Origin: a virus
Taxonomy: Duplodnaviria > Caudoviricetes
DNA: 64,000 bases
Strand: one strand, 5' to 3'
IMG/VR virus record: IMGVR_UViG_3300020045_005903
Location: 7,644-71,643 of that record
Made by a program: the position numbers and the translations under genes. Each line of letters begins with the position of its first letter. Position 1 is the stretch's first letter. The notes under the pieces are model-generated. The model worked only from the letters and a program-made list of their open reading frames with translations, did no database searches and was not told the DNA's origin. Below, piece by piece: positions 32,508-43,485 of the stretch.

Positions 32508-35500
32508 CTATCTTTTTAGAGTGAATATACTCTTTACGAATTGAAGTATCTTAACGCTAGTAGTAACGGTAGTTGGGTTAGTAGTCCAATTCTTTTTAAC
32601 TAGCTTAATCTTTAAATATGAGTTAGTTATGCGCCCCGTTGAACTCAGTGGTAAATTACTGCAAATCTTATCGTAAATATATCTGTACCAATTACTAGTA
32701 GAGGCTATATTCGCGTCTGTTGCCGTTTGGCTCTCCGCCGTAATAGTAACTGTAGTTGGAAGTACGTTGTTTCCGTGTTGCTCTATATTCATTACACTGA
32801 ATGATTCTTGTGTTTTAGGATTAACTATAAACTCAATCTCATTATTAACCACCGCTCCAAATTCCTTATTGTAAACGTAATCCGGCGCTGTAGCTTGTCC
32901 TAATGTTGCAGGCATATTCCTTACCCAAATTTCATTAGTAGTATTAATAAGTGCCCACGCGCTTCCTCCGCCCGCAGGAGGGTCGGTAAATGCCGATACC
33001 GTTCCCGCTGTTGTACAAATATATTCCTTAAATAAATATGCCACTATGTCGCTAACTACAAATGCTGTGGCTCCCATTCCTGCTCCATAATATTTAGTTT
33101 TATTCTTAGCATTATTTGAAGTAACTACAATCTGATTATGATTATGAGATATTGCAGGAGTCCATTCGCTAAAATGAGAGAATAGTTTATCTGGATGGTA
33201 ATATGCTATAGTAAAGTCTTTAGATAAAGCTTGTTCTACCGCCGCGTAATTTAAAAACTTAAATGTTAAGTAAGTCATTTTAAACTTCGGATCGTACACC
33301 CCTGTAATTCCTACTCCTGTTAAAGGTCTGTCAGATACTTCTGAGAATGTAGTGGAATTTAAAGGTGTTGTATTTGTTATGGTAGAGCCTAAGTTATCCA
33401 CAATTATTTCATTGAAATAACCATTCATTCCTTCTACTTTACTTATCTCTGAAATTCCTGTTGATAGGTCTAATGCCACCACTGCTTTTCTGCGCATATC
33501 AAACCATACGTACCCAAACTCTGTTGAAGTCATTCCGTGTTGGTGTTGATTGCCAAAGTATGTGCTAATAGGGTCAAATCTATCTACTACTCCGCCTGTT
33601 CCAATAGTTGTTGGTGCGCCCGTTTGAGCTGCCAATAACTGTCTTTCTAATATTGGAGTGGTGCTTATTTGTGCGTTTTGAGCTACAATAGTTTGCCCGC
33701 GCTTAGTAACAAGGTTATTAATCTCTCCGTATTGTCCGTCAGCGTCTTTATAATCGTTAGTTAGAAATACTCTATAAGAGTCAATAGCTTCTCCTACAAA
33801 TTTCTCTCCTGCAAATCTTACCCTTTGAGGAAATAAATTTCCATAAGTAAAATTAACGGGTAATGCAGGATAAGCAAATTGTATTCCTTCAGAAGCATAA
33901 GCTTGATTGCAATTAAAACTTTCAAGTCTAGTTGGATAAAACACTGCTGTACCACCATTGTCCACTCCGTTATTTGCTCCTGTTCTACCTCTTCTTAAAT
34001 CATAATTTACATTAGTTTGACAGGGAAATTTTAATTCCCATCCGTATTCATTTGCTGTACCGTCGGGAATTACATTAACATAATCTATCAAAGAAGTAAA
34101 GCAATCTCCGCCCCAAATTTCAACGTTATTAAATGTGTAAACTCCTGCGGTTAATACATCTGCCTTTACTTGTGTTGTAATTGGCTGAAAATGTCCTGTT
34201 GAAATATATAAAGTATTTGCTTTTGCTGTATCAGAAGTTCCTCCGTATTGATTAGCATTAGCTACAGTAACATCAATTAAAAGTTTATCTCTACTTGCCG
34301 TTCCGCTATACACTACGCTAGCAGAATCTAAAACCGAAGTAGTTGTTTCTATAATTGTGCTTCTACCTCCAACGGAAGTTAGGTTACTAAAATTTGTTGA
34401 CCCTCCGCAAGTGTTTTCTGAAATATTTCCTGTCGCCGCTTGAAATTGCGGATTGTTTCCAAATGTATAATTACCGCTTCCAAAGTTAGCGGTAGAAACC
34501 CCTTCGCTTGCTGTTACCATAGCAGAAATAGGGTTTTGCCTAGAAACGGCATCGCTAGTCTGAGTAAAATATCTTGTCTCTGCGTTTGTTGCAGATTTTG
34601 TTTTCATATATTGCCCAACTCCGTATGCTGTTGGAGAATACAAAACATTTCCTTCTAAAAACGTTTCTCCTGCAGCATATTCGGGCATTGGAAATCCACA
34701 TAAAGCGTCAGGACAAATAAAATTATAATATCTATCTAAAGACGTAATCCAATTAGAATCTCCTTGAGTTGGTCCTGCCCAAGGTTTTGCTACTGTACCA
34801 GAGTAACTTAGTTGCATTAAAAGACCCTCTGTAATAATTCTCTTATCCCTATCAGCCCTCATAATACTAAAGCCGCTCATTTGGTCTATCTCCGCTTGAG
34901 TGAAGGTTATTCCATTTATGTTTAATCCTCTAGTTTCTAAGAAGTAAAAGTCGTATGCTGCAGTTGTTGTGCGAGTCATTAAAGGAGTTGTCGCCAAAGT
35001 AGAAAACGTAAAGTCTCCTAGCCATCTTGCATACATTGGATTGCCCTTTAAATCAAATGGCACTAAAGCAAATCTATATTTTTCATTCGCCCAATATCCT
35101 CTTTGATGATGTGACCTAGCAGGACTTTTGTAACTTAGAAATCCGTCAATGTTAGCTATAACTTCTCTTATAGGAACAGCGGCAGTAGTGTTGTATCTAT
35201 TTCTTACAAAAGCCCCTCTCACTTGAGACGCTCCAGGAATTGTAACTCCCGTCGCTCCCGATACTCCAAAGAAAACTTCATTAATGGTATAAACTACTGC
35301 GTTGTAAGTAACGTTTCCGCCCGCAATACTCGTAACTACATACCATAGTCCTGCGTAAATAATTGTAGGATTAACGTAAATGCTTATGTCGTTATACTGA
35401 ATAGTGTTCGGGCAAGTGATTATTCCTCCTGGAACATCTAGCGCTTCGTGTACAGGAAATCTACTGCTTATCTCAGATAGTGTAAATGAAGTGTCTGCCC

Positions 35501-36797
35501 ACTGAAATTCTTCTCTCTCCTCAATATTTCCAATAAGCATATAACCTTTATTAGTGGTCATTGTCTTACATTTAAAAATACTTGCCGGAAATAATGTAAT
35601 GTCAGATAAAGTTAATGTGCCTAAATTTACATTTCCTGTATGTGTAATTACCATATCCGCCCCTGTAATTGCAGTGTCTTCTATAATACTTATTAATCTA
35701 GGGGTGTCATTTAATTGGTCAAATTCCGCACAAGCAACTTGTATTCTAGGAAAATTAATGTCAATATTTGAAATGTCAATCTTAACTGACTTTCCGCTAT
35801 TTACTGTAGTAGTTGCGGTTCCGTCACCAACCGCATCAAAATAAACGTTCGCAGGGCTAGCTATTGGGTCATTTGTGTCTCCTACGTGAATAGGATAACA
35901 TCCGTAACTCCAACTAGTATTTACTCCTGTTGTAGGGTCAGATAGTCTATAGAAGTACATCTTGGCGCCGCAATAAACATTACCCGTTCCGTATTCTTTA
36001 TACTTAATGGTTCCCATACTTCTTGATGGAGTAAAGGCTAAAAGCTGATAAGGATAATAGGCTATCACTTTGGCGTTAACGGGCAATACAACGTCTGTAT
36101 ATGCTGCGGCTCCCGTGCTTGTAAAAATATTTCCAGTCGCCAATCCTGGGCCATAAAAAACCGTAGACGCTACAGGATATTCTACAATTCCCTCTAAAAC
36201 CATATATTGTTCGCCTGAGGCCCCTATGCTTCCTGTTGCAATGTATGTAGTAAAAATAGGGTCGGCAATATTAAATACTCTAGGCTCGTTTAAATGGTCT
36301 GTCCAATAAACTCTTCTAATTCCTTCAGTCTCCTCAGAAGCAAATCCTTCAATTTGTCTTTGAATAGTGAATAATAAACTAACGTGGTGGTATAATGGTA
36401 CATAACCCGAATATGTATTTACAGGCGAACTTGCTGTCGGCTGAATACCCTCTCCATAAGTAGAATATTGAATTTTACCTATCTCTCCATACGCTCCCGT
36501 TGCGCTAGTGTTGTTTGTAGAAAATACTATTAACGTGTCGGGAAATGAAATAAATCCGATTGGTCTTGGAGGGTCTTGATAAACTATCCCTGACATGGGG
36601 TCATAAGTAGAATAAGGTATGTTTATATAAAACACCCTTGTTGTTCCCATACAATCCTTAATAGTGTAGTTGTTTCCGTCAGTAGAAACTAGCTGACAAT
36701 TAATACAATTTCTGTATGTGCCATCGGGCTGAAAAAGAACGTTAAAGTCCTTATTCATTCCCTTCTCAAATGTATTTATGTGTTGTCCTTGTGGCAT
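32508..36797 (-). CDS. Tail stabilization/muzzle protein (crAss-like, P22 gp10-like position)
   Basis: 1429 aa; NTFEKGMNKD N-terminus typical of this crAss-like family; follows ring and IHF-like genes. Confidence 0.7.
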   Translation of the reverse strand: MPQGQHINTFEKGMNKDFNVLFQPDGTYRNCINCQLVSTDGNNYTIKDCMGTTRVFYINIPYSTYDPMSGIVYQDPPRPIGFISFPDTLIVFSTNNTSATGAYGEIGKIQYSTYGEGIQPTASSPVNTYSGYVPLYHHVSLLFTIQRQIEGFASEETEGIRRVYWTDHLNEPRVFNIADPIFTTYIATGSIGASGEQYMVLEGIVEYPVASTVFYGPGLATGNIFTSTGAAAYTDVVLPVNAKVIAYYPYQLLAFTPSRSMGTIKYKEYGTGNVYCGAKMYFYRLSDPTTGVNTSWSYGCYPIHVGDTNDPIASPANVYFDAVGDGTATTTVNSGKSVKIDISNIDINFPRIQVACAEFDQLNDTPRLISIIEDTAITGADMVITHTGNVNLGTLTLSDITLFPASIFKCKTMTTNKGYMLIGNIEEREEFQWADTSFTLSEISSRFPVHEALDVPGGIITCPNTIQYNDISIYVNPTIIYAGLWYVVTSIAGGNVTYNAVVYTINEVFFGVSGATGVTIPGASQVRGAFVRNRYNTTAAVPIREVIANIDGFLSYKSPARSHHQRGYWANEKYRFALVPFDLKGNPMYARWLGDFTFSTLATTPLMTRTTTAAYDFYFLETRGLNINGITFTQAEIDQMSGFSIMRADRDKRIITEGLLMQLSYSGTVAKPWAGPTQGDSNWITSLDRYYNFICPDALCGFPMPEYAAGETFLEGNVLYSPTAYGVGQYMKTKSATNAETRYFTQTSDAVSRQNPISAMVTASEGVSTANFGSGNYTFGNNPQFQAATGNISENTCGGSTNFSNLTSVGGRSTIIETTTSVLDSASVVYSGTASRDKLLIDVTVANANQYGGTSDTAKANTLYISTGHFQPITTQVKADVLTAGVYTFNNVEIWGGDCFTSLIDYVNVIPDGTANEYGWELKFPCQTNVNYDLRRGRTGANNGVDNGGTAVFYPTRLESFNCNQAYASEGIQFAYPALPVNFTYGNLFPQRVRFAGEKFVGEAIDSYRVFLTNDYKDADGQYGEINNLVTKRGQTIVAQNAQISTTPILERQLLAAQTGAPTTIGTGGVVDRFDPISTYFGNQHQHGMTSTEFGYVWFDMRRKAVVALDLSTGISEISKVEGMNGYFNEIIVDNLGSTITNTTPLNSTTFSEVSDRPLTGVGITGVYDPKFKMTYLTFKFLNYAAVEQALSKDFTIAYYHPDKLFSHFSEWTPAISHNHNQIVVTSNNAKNKTKYYGAGMGATAFVVSDIVAYLFKEYICTTAGTVSAFTDPPAGGGSAWALINTTNEIWVRNMPATLGQATAPDYVYNKEFGAVVNNEIEFIVNPKTQESFSVMNIEQHGNNVLPTTVTITAESQTATDANIASTSNWYRYIYDKICSNLPLSSTGRITNSYLKIKLVKKNWTTNPTTVTTSVKILQFVKSIFTLKR

Positions 36798-37549
36798 TAA
36801 ATTCCGTTAAAACCTAATGTTGTTGTCATACCATACGCCATTCCCACGCCACTCACAGGATTTGCGTACATCCCCACCATTTTAGCTCTTTGTGAGTTTG
36901 TTAGTTCTGCGTCTTGCGCCCTTGCGTGTCTACATTCTCTATTCCACTCTTCTCTAGCCATATTCATTTTACCATACTCCATACTGTTAATTCCGTTCTT
37001 TCTGTAAAGATAATTCCAAATTATGTACCACTTTATTGCCTGTACATGATTTTCTCCTATCTCCATAAAGCCATCACAATCTACTGCATAAGCTAAGTAT
37101 TGAACTGTAATAGAATAGCCGTCTAAGTTTTGCTCAAATATTAATTTGTTATTCTGAATAGAAAAGTTTATGCTCCCTATTAATCCACCGCCTTCACTTG
37201 CGCTTCCAATATCCACAACTAAAAAACTGTTATCTACAGTCCCTACAGTTGACGGCAAATTTAAAACTCCACTGCCATTCACAATTGCCCTTAAATCGTC
37301 GCAATCACATCCTAAGTCCCCAAGTATAGCTATGTCTACATAAACAGCATCGTTAGGCAAACAGGCCGTACAATTAGTAATAGTAATGACTTCTCTCTTT
37401 AATGTATATTGATAAAAAGAACCTATTTCCTTCTCAGCTAAAGTAGCAAGTCGTGTAAAGAAAGGTATATTCTTATCATGGTCTACACTAAGTAAGTCCA
37501 TAGCGTCTACTATAGGATTCTTAATTGATATTAGTTTGTTTACACTCAT
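36797..37549 (-). CDS. Tail tubular/ring protein
   Basis: Size, LPND motif and position between IHF-like and muzzle genes. Confidence 0.6.
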   Translation of the reverse strand: MSVNKLISIKNPIVDAMDLLSVDHDKNIPFFTRLATLAEKEIGSFYQYTLKREVITITNCTACLPNDAVYVDIAILGDLGCDCDDLRAIVNGSGVLNLPSTVGTVDNSFLVVDIGSASEGGGLIGSINFSIQNNKLIFEQNLDGYSITVQYLAYAVDCDGFMEIGENHVQAIKWYIIWNYLYRKNGINSMEYGKMNMAREEWNRECRHARAQDAELTNSQRAKMVGMYANPVSGVGMAYGMTTTLGFNGI

Positions 37550-37995
37550 TTTTCAATTCTGTAATATTGTCCTGTATTCTTAAGTCTTTCCACCACTCTT
37601 TTTTTAAACTTAGGGTGTGCTTCAAATACTATTTGTCCTTTACACTGTTTATCAATAACTCTTAGTTTATAAATATATCCTAATCTACTCCACTTCTCTG
37701 CCGGCTTTAATCCGTATTTCCCTACTTGCCACCCCTTCTCCAACAATTTTAATAATCTAGGACTATATTTTTTACCAACTAATTCAATACTAAAATTACT
37801 ATCTATCTCCGCTATTCCTCTGTAAAGCACTTGTTTTATTATCGCGTACTCTACATATTCTTTCCAAACTTTATCTATAGTTGATAGACTAATAGTTTTT
37901 TTATGCCTTTTCCTCACTAACTTTTTTGCTCGTCGGCGAAGTGTTGGCATATCAAATTTACGTTGGGCTTTTGACCGCGTCGTCTTTGCTATCAT
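37546..37995 (-). CDS. IHF/HU-like basic protein
   Basis: Basic 149 aa; position matches crAss-like IHF homologues. Confidence 0.45.
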   Translation of the reverse strand: MIAKTTRSKAQRKFDMPTLRRRAKKLVRKRHKKTISLSTIDKVWKEYVEYAIIKQVLYRGIAEIDSNFSIELVGKKYSPRLLKLLEKGWQVGKYGLKPAEKWSRLGYIYKLRVIDKQCKGQIVFEAHPKFKKRVVERLKNTGQYYRIEK

Positions 37996-38794
37996 TTCTT
38001 ACATCAACTAACATTTTCATTTCTATTCCAAATTCTTTTGTCAATATTTCAAGTTCAATTTGACGTATCATATCAGCACTTGCAGGATAGGCGTCAGTAT
38101 CTCTATAAGCTCTTGCTTGTGAGTTTAAATATACTATTCCACTTCCTGTAAAGGTTGTGGTTGCGCCGCCCGTAAAAGTGGTATTTTTAAGCACTACGGT
38201 ACCGTTATAAATTATACTTGCGTACTTAACTAGGTACACTGTTCCACTTACAATACTTCCGCTTGCAATAGGAGTAGACTCAATCAATTTACCATCCTCT
38301 GGATTTTCCCAAAAGCCCAACACTCTTAATTTCTCTTTATAAACACTTGTGTAATACGACCCGTTAATTCTAGCGTAATATCCAAACAAAGAATTTGTAT
38401 GCTCAGAAGGCGTATATGCCCAAGCAAACATTCTTTTAAAGTAATATTGTGTTGTGCCGCAAGCCGAAACCATAGAAAATATTCCTAAGTCTAAGCTTCC
38501 GTCTTTTGATACAAATGAAATTGTTGGTGGTAAAAATGCTTTGCCAATATCACAATTACAATAAGTAATTGATGGGTCATCGGCTCTGTTTACCTTATGA
38601 AATGTTATGAGTCCACCATCCCCTAGCCAAGTTGGGTCGAGAATATTGGTTTTGAGATATTGTTCAATTTTTAACTGAGCTGCGACTTGGTTGATTTTAT
38701 AGTACAAAAAATCGGGATCTATTCTGCTCTCATCGCTTAAGGAAAACCTAGTAGCTATGTTTCTAATACTATCTATGATGTTTTTTGCGGTCAT
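37958..38794 (-). CDS. Tail ring protein (crAss-like)
   Basis: MTAKNIIDSI..SDESRID..YKINQ N-terminal pattern; AYPAS C-terminal motif. Confidence 0.55.
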   Translation of the reverse strand: MTAKNIIDSIRNIATRFSLSDESRIDPDFLYYKINQVAAQLKIEQYLKTNILDPTWLGDGGLITFHKVNRADDPSITYCNCDIGKAFLPPTISFVSKDGSLDLGIFSMVSACGTTQYYFKRMFAWAYTPSEHTNSLFGYYARINGSYYTSVYKEKLRVLGFWENPEDGKLIESTPIASGSIVSGTVYLVKYASIIYNGTVVLKNTTFTGGATTTFTGSGIVYLNSQARAYRDTDAYPASADMIRQIELEILTKEFGIEMKMLVDVRNDSKDDAVKSPT

Positions 38795-38812
38795 TATTTG
38801 GGTAAATATAAT

Positions 38813-38843
38813 AAAAAACTCCTATATTTCTATAAGAGTTTTT
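38813..38843 (-). terminator. Rho-independent terminator
   Basis: AAAAAACTCCTATA/TATAAGAGTTTTT inverted repeat. Confidence 0.55.
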
Positions 38844-38887
38844 CACTAAAGTATGAATACAAAGGAAAAGAACGTTTACAAAGATAC

Positions 38888-39289
38888 TTATTTAATCAAC
38901 ACTACAATTATTAACGCTAGAGAAACTCCCATAAACGTCAATGCTGTTTGCTGCCAACGCTTAGTTTTCTTTACCTGTTTGCCATAATCAATGGACAGCT
39001 TGGCGAAGTCTTTATTGCGGATGTCTATTACTATATCCTTGTTGATAATTATATCGTTAAAGTTGCCAAGCTGAATATCCATATTGTCTATAATTTCAGA
39101 ATATAATCTAACTTGATTCCAACAAAGGGTAGTGTCTTCTCTTAACCCGTTTCTTTCAACAAGCGATTGTGCATAAAAATCAAATTGTCTGTTGGTTAAA
39201 CAAACTTCATTTGAGTCCTGCTGCGCGTAAAGTGGAATCGTTCCACCTATTACGAGAAGTATAAGTAAACACTTTAATTTTTCCAACAT
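38888..39289 (-). CDS. Membrane protein, possible spanin component
   Basis: N-terminal signal, coiled coil, C-terminal TM; overlaps 39207-39563. Confidence 0.45.
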   Translation of the reverse strand: MLEKLKCLLILLVIGGTIPLYAQQDSNEVCLTNRQFDFYAQSLVERNGLREDTTLCWNQVRLYSEIIDNMDIQLGNFNDIIINKDIVIDIRNKDFAKLSIDYGKQVKKTKRWQQTALTFMGVSLALIIVVLIK

Positions 39290-39563
39290 CTGATTTTACT
39301 TTTTTATTGTTATTAGACCTCTTTACATTTAAAGAATCAATTACTGTTAATAACTTTATGTTTTCAATTTTCAACAATCGGTTGTTAGTAAATAAACTGT
39401 CTATTCTTTTATCCTGTTTACTAGTATCTGTCTTGGTGGTTATTATAATAGCCTTCTTAGAGTTTCTGCCCAATATAAACGTAACCACAATTATTAATAC
39501 TATTAATATTGCAACGACTACTTTCTTTGGGTCTATACTAGGCATTTGTATTGCTATTGACAT
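39207..39563 (-). CDS. Possible inner-membrane spanin
   Basis: N-terminal TM then coiled coil. Confidence 0.45.
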   Translation of the reverse strand: MSIAIQMPSIDPKKVVVAILIVLIIVVTFILGRNSKKAIIITTKTDTSKQDKRIDSLFTNNRLLKIENIKLLTVIDSLNVKRSNNNKKVKSDVGKIKVFTYTSRNRWNDSTLRAAGLK

Positions 39564-39584
39564 ATTGTAAATATAATAATTATT

Positions 39585-40922
39585 TTAGGTAACTGCGCCT
39601 TTTATTATAGTAAATCTTAATGGTGTTGCTGATGTGATTGAAGCCGCTGTACTATTAGCAATACTTATGGTTGCTGACCCTGCGCCGCACACGCAAGAAA
39701 AAACCCATGCACCTCCGTTTGTTGCTGAAATATGTTGAACCAAAAGAAAATCGGCCGCAGCTATAAATGAATTTGTAAGTGTAAATGTTACTATTGCATT
39801 TGCAGCTTGAGCTGCTGAAAACATAGTTATATTTCCGCAAAGTTTATTTAAAACAACTGTGGTTGTTCTGCTTGTTGCCTGCGTAACTGCTCCTCCTGCC
39901 CCCGCAGAATATCCGTTGCCGCCGCCGCTTGATGTGATAGCTCCTGTTACAATCAAAGATGTTCCTGTTGCGGCTCCAATGTTAGGCGTAACGAAAGTTT
40001 GTGAAGTTATGTTAGCCTTTAAATTTAAAGCTGTTTGCTGCGCTGTGCTTACAGGTTTCCCTGCGTCTGTTGTATTGTCAGCGTTAGCTAATCCAACTTG
40101 AGTTTTAGTTAATCCCGTTAAAGATGACCCGTTTCCGTTAGCATCTAACTTACTTGCCGACAATCCGCTATATTGAGAGTTAGTTGCGTTATCTCCTGTG
40201 TTAGTTCCGCTATTTGTTCCTGTTATATCTGAAGTAAATGCTAATGTGCCATCGGCATCTTTTAAAGTATAAGTTCTATTTGCGGTAATTGTATTTGTAA
40301 AGAATGCGGTAAAAGTATTTGCCACATTTCTTAACCCAAACATACTAGCTAAGAAAGTTTTTAATCCCGAAACCGTTTGCGTACTTGCCAATACCATATC
40401 GCCGCCGCCCGCTATAGCACTCCACGTTCCATCATCCTTTAGGTAGTTCCCTGCATTAGTTCCTTTTGGAACAAATCCGTGTTTGGCTGTAGTAAAATTA
40501 TTTGTCGTAATGTCTGTGGTTGTAATGGTTGCGTCCGATATTGTTTGATCGCCCGTGTTCGTATTACTAGTGTTTCCTAAAACAGTTAGTTGCGCATCTG
40601 TTACAAACCTCTTATTAGTCGAGTCGGTTTGATTTGCCGTTGTTGCTAATCCAATATTTGTTCTAGCTGTTGAAGCATTATTTAAATCAGATAAGTTATT
40701 AAGAATAGCTAATTTAGTTGCGTCTGCTCCACTCACCACCAAATCTCCCGTGCCTAATAAAGTAGACCCATTAACTGTTTTAATGTTAGTGGACGAAACT
40801 AATGTAGCTTGTTTTGCGTTTAACGCCGTTTGTGTAGCCGAGCTAACGGGCTTATTTGCGTCAGAAGTATTGTCTACGTTCTCTAGTCCTAAAGATATTT
40901 TGCTCGCAGGATTGTTTATCAT
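39585..40922 (-). CDS. Tail fibre protein with phage tail repeats
   Basis: GLENVDNTSDANKPVSSATQTALNAK and GLANADNTTDAGKPVSTAQQTALNLK repeats. Confidence 0.8.
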   Translation of the reverse strand: MINNPASKISLGLENVDNTSDANKPVSSATQTALNAKQATLVSSTNIKTVNGSTLLGTGDLVVSGADATKLAILNNLSDLNNASTARTNIGLATTANQTDSTNKRFVTDAQLTVLGNTSNTNTGDQTISDATITTTDITTNNFTTAKHGFVPKGTNAGNYLKDDGTWSAIAGGGDMVLASTQTVSGLKTFLASMFGLRNVANTFTAFFTNTITANRTYTLKDADGTLAFTSDITGTNSGTNTGDNATNSQYSGLSASKLDANGNGSSLTGLTKTQVGLANADNTTDAGKPVSTAQQTALNLKANITSQTFVTPNIGAATGTSLIVTGAITSSGGGNGYSAGAGGAVTQATSRTTTVVLNKLCGNITMFSAAQAANAIVTFTLTNSFIAAADFLLVQHISATNGGAWVFSCVCGAGSATISIANSTAASITSATPLRFTIIKGAVT

Positions 40923-41176
40923 GTCTCATAAATTGATAGTAGCGCTGTAGAAGACGCTGTTATTGCAGTAACCGCATCTCTAGTAAATATCCATCTGTCC
41001 ATTTCCCACACCCCTCCAGGATATAATGTATATCCCATATTCGCTATAGCTGCTCCGCCAACATTTAGAAATACATTTACCGTTCCTATATTAGTAATAA
41101 CTAACTGCTGCCTTGTCTCATTTGCCGCCGACGCCGTTCCGCTTGTTGTTGTTGCCGTATAATTACTTACCGCCAT
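40919..41176 (-). CDS. Small structural/hypothetical protein
   Basis: 85-aa beta-rich ORF in fibre cluster. Confidence 0.6.
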   Translation of the reverse strand: MAVSNYTATTTSGTASAANETRQQLVITNIGTVNVFLNVGGAAIANMGYTLYPGGVWEMDRWIFTRDAVTAITASSTALLSIYET

Positions 41177-42000
41177 TATCTTTTAATTAATAATTCATTC
41201 TTAACTAACCAAATATCATAGTCCACAACAACGTCGTAACTTGCTGCCGATGTAATACATTTGTAAAATATCGTACACATTGAAGGAAAAGATATTGGCG
41301 CACCAAATGTCTTTTGTTGATAATTACCCCCACTATCACTCAAAAACAAATAATCAATAACAACTCTAAATACCTCTCCCACATTTTTTCTTACTAAAGC
41401 CAATGCTATAGAGTTGTTTACTCCCGTATTCTGAGCAGTAACTTGTGGTAAATTAAAAAATGCGGTATAGCCTCTAGGGACAATAAATACACTAGATTGA
41501 GTTTGATTTATGCCTATAACAATAGTTCCTAGAGTAGGGGTACTTGCCGCAGTGCTTATTATTGTGATTGTTCCTACCGCTCCCGCTTCTGTTCCGCCTG
41601 TTCCTGGTTTTAATCCATAAGCCCTATGGATGCACCAATATTTATTTTTAGTTAAAACGTTTGTAGTCCCATCTAAAGTTATTGTTTCGCTAACTAAATC
41701 ATACAAATCATTTATTCCAACAACAAACATTGTTCCTAGCCCTGTTCCTGCGGGATTGTCCTGAACGCTTGTAGATACTATATTACAAACCTCTGCAGAA
41801 GCGGGTGTTGAATAAGCTGTTGAGTTTTGCCAAATACAATCTCCCGTTGCTGTTGCTGGATTTCTACCGAATTTATTTATAAAAGATACACCGTCTATCA
41901 ATCCCATTTGAACGGCAATTCCGAAGTCGGATGTTACCGTAGGATTTTTAAGGAAGTCTAATATTTCCCTTTGGGTTTGCTCTTGAGCTATCTTTTTCAT
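41176..42000 (-). CDS. Putative tail-associated protein
   Basis: 274 aa; INKFGRNP..DCIW motif; in fibre cluster. Confidence 0.55.
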   Translation of the reverse strand: MKKIAQEQTQREILDFLKNPTVTSDFGIAVQMGLIDGVSFINKFGRNPATATGDCIWQNSTAYSTPASAEVCNIVSTSVQDNPAGTGLGTMFVVGINDLYDLVSETITLDGTTNVLTKNKYWCIHRAYGLKPGTGGTEAGAVGTITIISTAASTPTLGTIVIGINQTQSSVFIVPRGYTAFFNLPQVTAQNTGVNNSIALALVRKNVGEVFRVVIDYLFLSDSGGNYQQKTFGAPISFPSMCTIFYKCITSAASYDVVVDYDIWLVKNELLIKR

Positions 42001-42002
42001 TT

Positions 42003-42608
42003 CTATACATCCACTTCAGCCCAGACAAATTCTCCAAAAAATCCACTTGCTCCTGATGCTGTTGATGTTTGAAATGATACAGCACTCCCTGGCTGTATGA
42101 TTATGCTTCCGTCAAACCATCTTCCTAATGGTTGCACTTGAGGAACGGTTGTAATTGCTCCCGTCACGCCTACCCCTAAGATTGGTCCTGCGATTGGCGC
42201 TGCGGGCAGTGTTGCTGCTAATAATGCCTGTATTGTTGGGGCTGTACTTCCCATTAATGTATTACGAACCGCCGTAGATAATGTTCCTGTAACCGCTGCT
42301 GCCGTAAGGTTAGTGTTTAGTCCTAACCATATAACTGATGCCGCTGCAAATGCCACTGAATTTACGCATCCTGCATAGATTAAAACTCCATTCTTGCCAC
42401 TTCCGAATGGATTGTATAATGTAAGTGCCGGGGTTGTTGCCGATAATCCCGCTTGAGTTGTTATTCCTGTTTGATTTGAAACAGAAAACATACTCTTGTT
42501 TACCGTTAAACTTTGGTATTCTGCTCCGTGTAGGTCTACGAGTAAGTGTCCGTCAGAATTTACCTCAATGTCTTTTTGTGTTCCGTCTATAAAGCCCTGT
42601 ATATCCAT
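42003..42608 (-). CDS. Putative structural protein
   Basis: 201 aa, Ala/Thr/Gly-rich. Confidence 0.55.
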   Translation of the reverse strand: MDIQGFIDGTQKDIEVNSDGHLLVDLHGAEYQSLTVNKSMFSVSNQTGITTQAGLSATTPALTLYNPFGSGKNGVLIYAGCVNSVAFAAASVIWLGLNTNLTAAAVTGTLSTAVRNTLMGSTAPTIQALLAATLPAAPIAGPILGVGVTGAITTVPQVQPLGRWFDGSIIIQPGSAVSFQTSTASGASGFFGEFVWAEVDV

Positions 42609-42610
42609 AA

Positions 42611-42952
42611 TTAAATTTTATAATAAAGTTTCATTTCGTTTAATAATTCCTTGTTTTCAATTTCTATGCCTTGTTCCACCAATTCAAATATAAGTTTTCC
42701 TAACAACATATTCAACCTCAGTATGTCTTTTGTATTAATAGATATTAACCTAGCCAACGCCGCTATATCTGCGCTTAACGATTCTATTGTGGCGTCCTCT
42801 GTAGAGTCCCTGTCAATTATCGCATCTAATACCCTTAGTATATCAGAAATCCTAGCGTCTTGTGCAAATGCAGAAGTGTAAATTTCTTTTAACTCTGTAA
42901 CTCCAATTACGGTTTCCGTTGTTGCGTCGTGAGATGTTCCGTCGTGAGCCAT
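42611..42952 (-). CDS. Hypothetical coiled-coil protein
   Basis: 113-aa ORF. Confidence 0.6.
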   Translation of the reverse strand: MAHDGTSHDATTETVIGVTELKEIYTSAFAQDARISDILRVLDAIIDRDSTEDATIESLSADIAALARLISINTKDILRLNMLLGKLIFELVEQGIEIENKELLNEMKLYYKI

Positions 42953-43485
42953 TATGGTTTAACGATATGAATAGTTGTTAGTCCTGTATTTCTACAATCT
43001 GCGTGCGTCCACCCTTGAGTAATAGTCTTATCCTCTAAAGTAGTTAATCCCGCGTCCATAAATACTTTTTGATTCTTAGTTATTAAGTCGTGTATAGTAT
43101 CAGAGTTCACTACTAGCGTTTTGCCACCCTTAAAGTGTAACACCACATTAAAGTCAATAGCGTTTGTACTGCCGCCGATATGCTGACTTAATTTTGCAGT
43201 CTTAATTCCCTTAGCTATTTGAGAGTTAATATAATCAACAGTTCTTAATCCACGATTATTAAAGTTGCCGCCGGTATGCCAATTATTAATTAGAATTTCT
43301 ACAAACTCAACGTTACTATCCAATTCTTTAAAATGAGTAGTGAACCAAGAGTCAATAAATGAATAAAGCTTAATAATGTTATCAGATACAAATTGATTGC
43401 TCGCCGCCCCGTAAACAGAGTAAACTTCCTTTGATACAAATTTTCTAACGTCTGTGCTCATATTGAAAAGTGTTTTACTAACCAT
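42952..43485 (-). CDS. Endolysin, peptidase M15-like
   Basis: NNRGLR, SQH..NAIDF, WTHADCR Zn-ligand pattern. Confidence 0.75.
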   Translation of the reverse strand: MVSKTLFNMSTDVRKFVSKEVYSVYGAASNQFVSDNIIKLYSFIDSWFTTHFKELDSNVEFVEILINNWHTGGNFNNRGLRTVDYINSQIAKGIKTAKLSQHIGGSTNAIDFNVVLHFKGGKTLVVNSDTIHDLITKNQKVFMDAGLTTLEDKTITQGWTHADCRNTGLTTIHIVKP